Part shown: one piece after another, positions 56,577-64,000 of the stretch
Position numbering within the stretch: position 1 is the first letter of the stretch
Layout: the number at the start of each line of letters is the position of its first letter
Notes under the pieces: model-generated
What the model was told of the DNA's origin: nothing
Databases searched by the model: none
The model's input: the letters and a program-made list of their open reading frames with translations, nothing else
Virus record (IMG/VR): IMGVR_UViG_3300005289_000016
Span: 1 to 64,000 of that record
DNA: 64,000 nucleotides
Direction: 5' to 3' (one strand)
Made by a program: the position numbers and the translations under genes

Positions 56577-58487
56577 ATGGCTGTACAAGACGACATCGAC
56601 AACACCTCCTCGAGCAACGAGCGTCCAACTCGCGAAGCTCCACGTCAAGAGCGCACCGAGCGCACTGCCCGTGAAGCCCAGCCGACTACCGCTGGCCTGC
56701 TGGACATCAACCGCCTGCTCGGCGCCCCGATGTCCCGTCGCATCAGCGGCGAAGTGCTGGTCAACGCTGTTAAGTCGGTTAAGCACTGGTTCGATCCAGA
56801 GCGTCAGGTTGCAGGCGCCGGCCTGATCGACCTGTCCAAGATCCAAGTCCTGGGTCTGGAAGCTTCCGAGCACAACGTCAGCATCTCCTCGGTGATCCTG
56901 GCTTACCCAGTAGAAGACAACGGCACCGTCAAGGTTCTGGTGTCGGCTCTGGCCCTGTCCTCGAGCATGACCGACGACGCCACCGTGCGTAACGTCGAAA
57001 TCAACCACCGCACCTACCCGCTGCCGATCATCGCTTCCGACTACATCACCGAGAGCTACCTGGCTCTGGTTGACGAAATCGCGAAGAAGGCGTTCGAAGG
57101 TCAGCGCCGTAACGTGGAAATCGTGCGTGCCGGCTGGCGCGTAGTGAGCCACAAGGTCGACTTCAGCGAACCAGAAAACACCGAAGTGCGTCAGGTCGTG
57201 TTCTACGCCCAGGCCGCTCTGGCGTCGATCTACGCGAACCTGTTCCAGCCTGACCTGTACTTCTCGCTGGACTGGCTGAGCAAGCAGTCGACTCTGGAAA
57301 TCAACGTTGACCTGTCTGGCCGTGAAGCCCAGACCGCTGACGGTCTGCCACGTCGTTCCGACCTGGCCGTTACCGTTGCCGGCATCGTGCGCAAAGGCGA
57401 CCAGAACATCCCTGTTGGCCTGGCCAACCTGGGCGGTTACGTCAGCATCATGTACACCCCGCCGGTAGAACAGGATCGTTGGTCCCGTACCCAGCGCCGT
57501 GATCAGCCGTACTTCACTCCGATGTACGTGATCAACCGCATGGACACCAATGCCAACGGTATCACCCCTGAACTGCTGCTGCTGGCTCTGGCCGGTGCGT
57601 CGGTGATCTCCAAAGACCAGGCGTGGGCTCAGACCTACCTGCCAGGCGACATCGCTCGCGGTGATGTTGACTACCGTGACGCTGGCCTGCTGAACATCCT
57701 GGGCCCGGATCAGGACAAGACTCCGGTCGAGTTCGACAACCGTGCATCGCTGGACACCCACAAGTGGGCGCAGTACTTCTTCAGCCTGGTTGACGACCAA
57801 CTGGCCTGGGCAATCGAGCTGGAAGAAGGCGGCGACAACAGCTGGATCACCTCCCTGCTGTCCGACGCTGCAACTGACGACAGCGCCAACAAGGACGCCA
57901 TCGGCCGTCTGTACGACTACGCCGACCGTCTGACCAACGGCAACTTCACCCGTCGTGCCCGTGAACTGGGCGTCGAAGTCCCGCTGCAAATGTCCGGTGC
58001 TCGTTACCTGACTGGCACCTGGATCGACGAGAAGGGCAACGAGCGCGATCTGCGTGACTGGGACCTGCTGCGCTGGATGGCCACCAACCCGAATGACGAG
58101 GGCGAATCCGCTCTGCGTTACCAGGACGTGATCGACCGCACTGACCTGGACGTTGAAATCCGCGTCAGCGAGCAGTACGACCAACTGACCGGCGCCCTCG
58201 GCGCGAGCAACGTGAAGTTCGCTCGTTACGTGGACCTGGCCTTCATCAACCCGCAGTTCATCGAAGCGCTGGCAATGGCCGTTGCTGATTGCAAAATCAA
58301 CATCGACCAGCGTTCCGCTCACTACACCTTCGGCAACCGTCGCCTGCGTGGTAACACTCGCATCCGTGACTTCGTCGGCGGTGACCTCACTCACGGCATG
58401 CTGTCTGGCCGTCGTGTGACCGGTGACGGCGCTCGTTCGCTGCGTGGCAACGTCGGTAACGGCTACGGCTTCGGCAATAGCTTCTAA
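56577..58487 (+). CDS. chmA: Chimallin, major phage nucleus shell protein
   Basis: 636 aa with extreme codon bias; GLPRRSDLAV, GYVSIMY, ITPELLLLALA, GTWIDEKGNERDLRDWD and FINPQFIEAL; directly upstream of the nvRNAP beta' gene. Confidence 0.85.
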   Translation: MAVQDDIDNTSSSNERPTREAPRQERTERTAREAQPTTAGLLDINRLLGAPMSRRISGEVLVNAVKSVKHWFDPERQVAGAGLIDLSKIQVLGLEASEHNVSISSVILAYPVEDNGTVKVLVSALALSSSMTDDATVRNVEINHRTYPLPIIASDYITESYLALVDEIAKKAFEGQRRNVEIVRAGWRVVSHKVDFSEPENTEVRQVVFYAQAALASIYANLFQPDLYFSLDWLSKQSTLEINVDLSGREAQTADGLPRRSDLAVTVAGIVRKGDQNIPVGLANLGGYVSIMYTPPVEQDRWSRTQRRDQPYFTPMYVINRMDTNANGITPELLLLALAGASVISKDQAWAQTYLPGDIARGDVDYRDAGLLNILGPDQDKTPVEFDNRASLDTHKWAQYFFSLVDDQLAWAIELEEGGDNSWITSLLSDAATDDSANKDAIGRLYDYADRLTNGNFTRRARELGVEVPLQMSGARYLTGTWIDEKGNERDLRDWDLLRWMATNPNDEGESALRYQDVIDRTDLDVEIRVSEQYDQLTGALGASNVKFARYVDLAFINPQFIEALAMAVADCKINIDQRSAHYTFGNRRLRGNTRIRDFVGGDLTHGMLSGRRVTGDGARSLRGNVGNGYGFGNSF

Positions 58488-58494
58488 CTGACGT

Positions 58495-58542
58495 CATAGC
58501 TTGGGGGAGCCTGTGCTCCCCCTTGTTATGCCTTTTTATTTT
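58495..58542 (+). terminator. Terminator after chmA
   Basis: GGGGGAGC-CTGT-GCTCCCCC flanked by CATA/TATG, followed by a T-tract. Confidence 0.7.
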
Positions 58543-58565
58543 CACCGAGCATCTAGGGGAGGTCA

Positions 58566-60029
58566 ATGAAAAAGCGTAATGGCATTTACTTACGCGTGGT
58601 GGGTTACGACACCATGTTCATGCATCAGTCGCATCCTGCGATCCTGATGAACGACTTCAACATCGATCTTGAGGCCGACCGTCTCAAGCTGAACAACCTG
58701 ATTTATGCCAGCCTCGACGGGGACTCGCTGAACAACACGGCGAGCTGTGACTGTGGACTCATCCACGGCATGGACAATTACGGCATCCGCTGTAATGACT
58801 GTCTGAGCTTGGTAATGCCGATCACTGAGAAGCCATTGGAGACTCTCCTGTGGATCAAGTGCCCGGCAGGTATTAAGAAATTCATCAACCTTACAGTGTG
58901 GCGGATTCTCTCGAAGAACCTGACACACTCGAACTTCAATATCCTGGAGTATCTTTGTAACCCGCGCTACACGGCTGCCTCTCCCCTGGCGCCGGACAAG
59001 ATGCGCAAGCTGGATAAGCTGGAAATCCCCCGTGGCTACAACCACTTTGTTGAGAACTACGAGTCCATCCTGGTAGCGCTGTTTAAGGCTGGCTTGATTG
59101 GTCCATCGGCATCTGCCCGTAAGCGTAGAAAGATCATGCGCTTCTTGCAGGAGAACTTCGACCGGACGTTCTCGGATTACCTGCCATTCCCTACGCGTCT
59201 TGGGTTCATCAAAGAGAACTCCAACAACCGCATCACGGCCGACCCCAAGATGGTGTCTGCGGTTAACGCCGCGCACATCCTGATCGGGATCGACAACCGT
59301 GAGACTGCCGAGAACCAGCCCAAGCTGGCCCAGGCGGTCAAGGAAGGTCGCGTTGTCAGCGCACTCCAGCACTTCAACGATTACTACAAGACCTTCGAGT
59401 CTGAGGTGATCTTCAAGAAGCCTGGCGTAGCGCGGAAGCTGATCTACGGCACACGTCCGTACTTCGGCTACCGTGCGGTGATCACGTCGCGTCAGAAGCC
59501 TCACCGGCAGGACGGTATGGAGATGCCGTGGTCTGCGAGTACCTTGCTGTTTAAGGTCCACTTGCAGAACAAGCTGCTGACTCAGGGGTACATCCCCAAC
59601 GAGATGCAGGCCCTGATCTACGAGAACACTTTGCGTTGGCACCCTGAGCTGGACCGGCTGTTCAAGGAGCTACTAGCCGAAGCTCCGAACGGTACCATTC
59701 CAACCACCTTCGGTCGTAACCCAACCCTGACCCGTGGCTCTATCGGCTATAACCAGATTGACACGATCAAGTCTGACCCAACCGACAACACCATCAGCAT
59801 CTCGCCGCTCAACCTGATCGACAAGAACGCTGACTTCGATGGTGACGCACTGTGGGGCGAATTGCCGCTCGATCAGAAGAATGCGAAAGTCATGAGTCGT
59901 CTTGATCCAGTCACCGGCGTCATGGACCTCGACAAACCGTTCACGGTGTCCCGTAACACAACGCTTCCACCACCGTTGATCGCGACCATTACCAGTTGGA
60001 TCGTCGAGGGCGACCAGATTTCACGATGA
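58566..60029 (+). CDS. Non-virion RNA polymerase beta' subunit (phiKZ gp55/56.1-like), uninterrupted
   Basis: Zinc finger CDC...CNDC, KKPGVARK, RAVITS, GRNPTL and catalytic NADFDGD. Confidence 0.9.
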   Translation: MKKRNGIYLRVVGYDTMFMHQSHPAILMNDFNIDLEADRLKLNNLIYASLDGDSLNNTASCDCGLIHGMDNYGIRCNDCLSLVMPITEKPLETLLWIKCPAGIKKFINLTVWRILSKNLTHSNFNILEYLCNPRYTAASPLAPDKMRKLDKLEIPRGYNHFVENYESILVALFKAGLIGPSASARKRRKIMRFLQENFDRTFSDYLPFPTRLGFIKENSNNRITADPKMVSAVNAAHILIGIDNRETAENQPKLAQAVKEGRVVSALQHFNDYYKTFESEVIFKKPGVARKLIYGTRPYFGYRAVITSRQKPHRQDGMEMPWSASTLLFKVHLQNKLLTQGYIPNEMQALIYENTLRWHPELDRLFKELLAEAPNGTIPTTFGRNPTLTRGSIGYNQIDTIKSDPTDNTISISPLNLIDKNADFDGDALWGELPLDQKNAKVMSRLDPVTGVMDLDKPFTVSRNTTLPPPLIATITSWIVEGDQISR

Positions 60030-60039
60030 GGAGTTCACC

Positions 60040-60663
60040 ATGGCGATAGCTATCTACGCTGATGATCAGGAGTTCGGTGTCATGCACTACGGACTTCCGC
60101 GATCGGAGGACCGTGCGGCTATCCGACAGCGTATGGAAAACACTGCACGGTCATTTGGTTTGGCAGGCAGTGAAGTGTTCAACCGAGCAGTCCAACGGTT
60201 CGAGTCATTTGACTTTGATCGACTGGAACGCAAGATGGACGCATTGAAACGGAAGGTCAGCCACCTCTTTGACCGGGACGAGATCCGGCCAATGTGGAAG
60301 ATCGGCCAGTTCCAGCAGGCAGGTCCTGAGCAACAGCGTTGGCTGATGGCCAACCCGCGTGCCCAGCGTCTGTTTGAGAAGGACATGATGAATGGCTGGC
60401 GTGATTCCTTTGTCAACTACTTCCAAGGAAAGGTTGGCGAAGAGAACCCCGACTACCAGGCAGTCATGGACGGTATGGTGGTGTTTAACGAAGAAGGTGG
60501 TGCTGTGGCAACTCAGTACCTCACGATCCGTGACGCCGACAACCGTGGTCCGCTGCGCTTTGCCGAGCAAACCTTGGTGAAAGACAGCATGTGGGCCAAC
60601 TTCAACGCCTACCTCGATGAGGGCTTGGACGATCCAAGCGATTCGAACAACGGGTCGCTGTAA
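60040..60663 (+). CDS. Conserved hypothetical protein
   Basis: GAGGAG RBS; 207 aa. Confidence 0.7.
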   Translation: MAIAIYADDQEFGVMHYGLPRSEDRAAIRQRMENTARSFGLAGSEVFNRAVQRFESFDFDRLERKMDALKRKVSHLFDRDEIRPMWKIGQFQQAGPEQQRWLMANPRAQRLFEKDMMNGWRDSFVNYFQGKVGEENPDYQAVMDGMVVFNEEGGAVATQYLTIRDADNRGPLRFAEQTLVKDSMWANFNAYLDEGLDDPSDSNNGSL

Positions 60664-60748
60664 AGGAGCGAGGCCTAGTGGAGCACTGCCCTATGGGTAT
60701 GTGCTCCGCAACCGCCTCACCCCTTTTCTTTTTCGTCTGGAGTGTCCT

Positions 60749-61174
60749 ATGGCACGTGTCATCCCGGTCTTGGGTAGTGCTGGTTTTGCTACTGACTTGA
60801 CCATCAAGGCCGATGAAGCCCTGACCAATTTCTACACCTCCCAGCGCTCTCAGTCTGACATGTACCGCGGTCAGATCGCCAGTCTGGGGGACATCATCAG
60901 TCGCTTTGGCAACAGCCCCATGGAACTCGAGAATGAGGTCCGGGATGTGCTCGAAGACTACTTCGGTCGTCAGTTCGATGAAGTGACTCTTGATGTAACT
61001 ACTGTGGTGAAAGGACCCAGTATTGATTTACAAATCGGTGCTATCTTACGAGACGGTACGAAGACGATTGACATTCAGCACGTAGTCACGTCTACCGATT
61101 CCAAAATTCGCAGCATCATTGATCTGCAAAATGACGGTAAGCCATTCATTCTGGCTGACCTTCTTACTACCTAG
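60749..61174 (+). CDS. Conserved phiKZ gp59-like protein
   Basis: GGAG RBS; MARVIPVLGSAGF...SQRSQSDMYRGQIASL; assignment by synteny. Confidence 0.55.
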   Translation: MARVIPVLGSAGFATDLTIKADEALTNFYTSQRSQSDMYRGQIASLGDIISRFGNSPMELENEVRDVLEDYFGRQFDEVTLDVTTVVKGPSIDLQIGAILRDGTKTIDIQHVVTSTDSKIRSIIDLQNDGKPFILADLLTT

Positions 61175-61183
61175 GAGTGATCC

Positions 61184-62008
61184 ATGTCCCAAGTTGTTAA
61201 GCTCGTTACCTCCAACGGCCCGATCCTTGTTCTGGCCAGCCTGCTCCTGAACCGTGCTGACGGCAGCGAAGTCCGCGCAGGCGAACTGGTTGCGGGTGAT
61301 GGCTACACCGTGACTCGTGGTGGCGCTCAGTTCAGCGAAACCGTTACCGAAGTGCTGGTTCCGACCGCTGAAGAAGCGCGTGAGTTCCTGCAAGAAGCTC
61401 GCATTGCCAAGCTGGAAGATCTGGTGGAAGACCAAGGCTCCCGCCTGGAAACCACCGAGAAAGCACTGGAAAGCGCCAACAACGCCCTGCTCGGCCTGCA
61501 ACGCACCATCGTTGAGCTGACCGCTTCGCACATCGACCGCATCTTCACCGATCAGGTCATGGTCGACAGCCTGGCTCAGCGCTTCTTCATCGCCGGCGCT
61601 AACGCCATCGCTCACAAAGCCCGTCAGTCCAAGGAGCGTACTCCTGAGCTGATCGTGATCGAGCAAGCGATCCCAGGCGCTATCCGTGCGACCCTGAAAG
61701 AAGAAGGCGGCGTGCTGGTCGAAGAACAGCTGAAAGAAACCGGTGAGTGGGTTACCGGCGAGCAGCTGTCCGAAGCCATGCAGGCTGACGTGATTCAGGA
61801 AGTGTTCGGCAACCTGCTGGCCAGCTCCGGCTGCACCATCGGTCGTCCGTACTTCATCGTTGAAGACGTGCACCTGGAAGAGTTCCGCAAGCAAGCCGCT
61901 GCTGGCGCTCGTGAAGCCCTGAGCCAAGTGGCCGGCGCTGCTGCACCTGTGACTGAAGAAGCTCAGGCACCTGTCGAAGCTGAGCCTGAAGCTCCGGTCG
62001 TTCACTAA
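61184..62008 (+). CDS. Hypothetical coiled-coil protein
   Basis: AGGAG RBS; heptad-rich segment; strong codon bias. Confidence 0.7.
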   Translation: MSQVVKLVTSNGPILVLASLLLNRADGSEVRAGELVAGDGYTVTRGGAQFSETVTEVLVPTAEEAREFLQEARIAKLEDLVEDQGSRLETTEKALESANNALLGLQRTIVELTASHIDRIFTDQVMVDSLAQRFFIAGANAIAHKARQSKERTPELIVIEQAIPGAIRATLKEEGGVLVEEQLKETGEWVTGEQLSEAMQADVIQEVFGNLLASSGCTIGRPYFIVEDVHLEEFRKQAAAGAREALSQVAGAAAPVTEEAQAPVEAEPEAPVVH

Positions 62009-62018
62009 GACCTGCACT

Positions 62019-62047
62019 GGGGGAGAGCTTCGGCTCTCCCTCTTTTA
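62019..62047 (+). terminator. UUCG-loop terminator
   Basis: GGGAGAGC-TTCG-GCTCTCCC followed by TCTTTT. Confidence 0.75.
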
Positions 62048-62060
62048 CGGAGAGACTCCC

Positions 62061-62657
62061 ATGCAGCTTACCGACGATGATTTCAAACGGCTCGATGAAA
62101 TGGATAAAGAAGCCAATGCTCGCATGTCCGAGCGTGACTTCACCCAGCGTCTCCTGCCGCACCTTGTGCCGAATGGTCGGGGTGAAAACGTCCGTGTTGA
62201 CATTTATGTAGCCGCTGCTGGTCATGCCAACCGCATGATCGACGTCTTCGAGAATGGCAACCCAGGCAAGATCCTGTTCACCGTTCCACCGCTGATCTCC
62301 CCGACTCCGATGACCATCCGCTCAATCCATGCGCGGCCTGAAACGGACATCGGTGAACTCAGCGCAGAGTACGACGCCCAAGTGACCACCAACGCCCCAG
62401 GCATGGTGATTGACGGTTTCGTGCAGCGCCTCATGGCTTTGAACTACACTCCGGCTGACGCGATCTCCGCTGTCTACGGGTTGATGTGGGCCAAGATCTA
62501 CCGTCGTTACAACATCCCACTGGAATTGATGTTCGGTGAAGCCGCTCCTGAAGTCGCCAAGCAATTGGGTCAGATCAGCGGTGAAGCGGATGTCGATACC
62601 GGCCAGGCCAGGAAGACCCTCGATGACATTGCTGAAGACGACATCGAACCGCTCTGA
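62061..62657 (+). CDS. Conserved hypothetical protein
   Basis: GGAGAG RBS; ILFTVPPL motif. Confidence 0.65.
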   Translation: MQLTDDDFKRLDEMDKEANARMSERDFTQRLLPHLVPNGRGENVRVDIYVAAAGHANRMIDVFENGNPGKILFTVPPLISPTPMTIRSIHARPETDIGELSAEYDAQVTTNAPGMVIDGFVQRLMALNYTPADAISAVYGLMWAKIYRRYNIPLELMFGEAAPEVAKQLGQISGEADVDTGQARKTLDDIAEDDIEPL

Positions 62658-63777
62658 AAGACTCATGGCGTTCATCTCGGACATCCACTTAGCCCATCCA
62701 CGTACCAACACGTACCACATCATCCAGAACCTCCGCAAGGCGTTTCCCGATGATGAGCAGACGGGCAAGCTCGATGTCATTTTCTTTGCAGGCGACGTCT
62801 TTGACCGCCTGATGAGTTTGCCTCAGGATGAGGTGGACGCCATCCAAGAGTGGATCGGTGATCTTCTTCGCATCTGCGCGAAACGCAACATCCTCGTGCG
62901 GGTTCTCGAAGGTACACCAAGCCATGACTGGCGCCAGTCGAAACAGTTCGTCAACGTCAACAACACGCTGGACAATCCCGCTAACCTGCGCTACGTCGAT
63001 ACATTGAGTATTGAGGTGATACAGGAGCTGGACAACCTGAGCGTGCTGTACGTGCCGGACGAGTGGAACGCTGACGCCAGTGTTACCTGGGCTCAGGTCC
63101 AAGAACTCCTTTCGATCCATGGGTTGGAAAAGGTTGACGTGGGCTGTATGCACGGCTCCTTCGACTATCAGTTGCCCATTGAGTCGAGCAAGAACCACAA
63201 CAGCGACGCGTACATGTCCATCGTTCGCCATTACATCGGCATCGGGCACGTACACATCCGCACAGAGCGAAACGGCAAGATCTTGGCCCAAGGGTCCTTT
63301 GATCGCCTGTCGCACGGTGAGGAAGCCGCTAAGGGTCATTACAGGGCATGCATCTCGCCTGCCGGTAATTACCACTGGTTCGTTGAAAACACCGGTGCCC
63401 GCATCTATAAGACGCTGGACTGCCGGGATCAGGTCATTGAGGAAACCATTGACCTGTTAGCGCAATACGAGAACGAACCCGATCAGTCGAACTTCCGACT
63501 GATGATCCAACGGGGCGGTACGGTGCACCACGGCTTGAAGGATTTGCGTAAGCGCTTCCCTCAGTTCCGGTTGACCACACAGCTTGATGATCTGAAGACC
63601 CAGGAAGAAGTCCAACTGGCTCAACAGCAGGCTCCGGTGGTGAAACCGATCAGCATCACGCCTACCAACATCACGCACCTTGTGGCTGAGCGAATGGCCC
63701 GTCAGGGAACTGACGTGACAGATCCTCGGGCATTGAAGGTCCTGGCTGTCTTGGACAAATATAAAGAGGCAGCATAG
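62623..63777 (+). CDS. SbcD/Mre11-like metallophosphoesterase nuclease (phiKZ gp65-like)
   Basis: SDIH, AGDVFD, EGTPSHD, MHG, IGHVH and QGSFDRL; start is 62623 or 62665. Confidence 0.85.
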   Translation: MTLLKTTSNRSERLMAFISDIHLAHPRTNTYHIIQNLRKAFPDDEQTGKLDVIFFAGDVFDRLMSLPQDEVDAIQEWIGDLLRICAKRNILVRVLEGTPSHDWRQSKQFVNVNNTLDNPANLRYVDTLSIEVIQELDNLSVLYVPDEWNADASVTWAQVQELLSIHGLEKVDVGCMHGSFDYQLPIESSKNHNSDAYMSIVRHYIGIGHVHIRTERNGKILAQGSFDRLSHGEEAAKGHYRACISPAGNYHWFVENTGARIYKTLDCRDQVIEETIDLLAQYENEPDQSNFRLMIQRGGTVHHGLKDLRKRFPQFRLTTQLDDLKTQEEVQLAQQQAPVVKPISITPTNITHLVAERMARQGTDVTDPRALKVLAVLDKYKEAA

Positions 63778-63785
63778 GAGGTTGC

Positions 63786-64000
63786 ATGATTACTGATCCC
63801 AGCGCCCAAGCGGCGCTGTCGAGCCGTGAGCTGGGGCAGATCCCCATCTCCATCGGTACCAGTCTGGCCCTTGAGGGTGCCTTCGGCATCCTTGAGGACA
63901 ACCACAACCCAAAGCCAATCATCCATAATGTTGACGTCTTGTATGTCAACATCCGGACGTTGATCCGGAACATGGTGGGGGCAATCGACAACGAGCAACT
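63786..64000 (+). CDS. Conserved phiKZ gp66-like protein (partial)
   Basis: AGGAGG RBS; RELGQIPISIGTSLALE...YVNIRTLIRN; runs off the window. Confidence 0.6.
   Translation, partial: MITDPSAQAALSSRELGQIPISIGTSLALEGAFGILEDNHNPKPIIHNVDVLYVNIRTLIRNMVGAIDNEQ

Noticed and set aside
56451-58394. 647 aa minus-strand ORF
   Set aside because: Shadow of chmA. The same applies to 22779-24740, 33644-35347, 13876-15345, 16892-18145 and 18117-19496.

Overview
A 64 kb segment of a phiKZ-like, nucleus-forming jumbo phage (Chimalliviridae) with GC-rich codon usage; the host is probably a Pseudomonas-type proteobacterium (inferred). From left to right it carries: a partial gp182-like tail gene; a gp181-like tail/tape-measure protein with a lytic transglycosylase domain; virion RNA polymerase subunits; the prohead protease and two protease-processed head proteins; an early accessory block; tail tube, sheath, baseplate and large terminase genes; a second accessory block; PhuZ tubulin; a dense array of overlapping small ORFs; family B DNA polymerase; chimallin; a non-virion RNAP beta' subunit; an Mre11/SbcD-like nuclease; and a partial downstream gene. 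Eight copies of a conserved early-promoter-like motif and a family of CATA...TATG hairpins punctuate the window. I saw no tRNA, rRNA, CRISPR array or IS element. The strongest novelty candidates are: (1) a SUKH/SMI1-KNR4 immunity-type domain fused behind an S-M-E protease site on a virion protein; (2) a tandem, overlapping array of about 10 small proteins with a shared architecture upstream of the DNA polymerase; (3) a 300 bp G-rich, multi-hairpin non-coding element; (4) two ART-fold-like late proteins sharing a C-terminal Trp motif with the prohead protease; (5) an acidic, degenerate GIY-YIG domain. phiKZ and SPN3US gp numbers come from recalled motifs, sizes and synteny, not from a database search.
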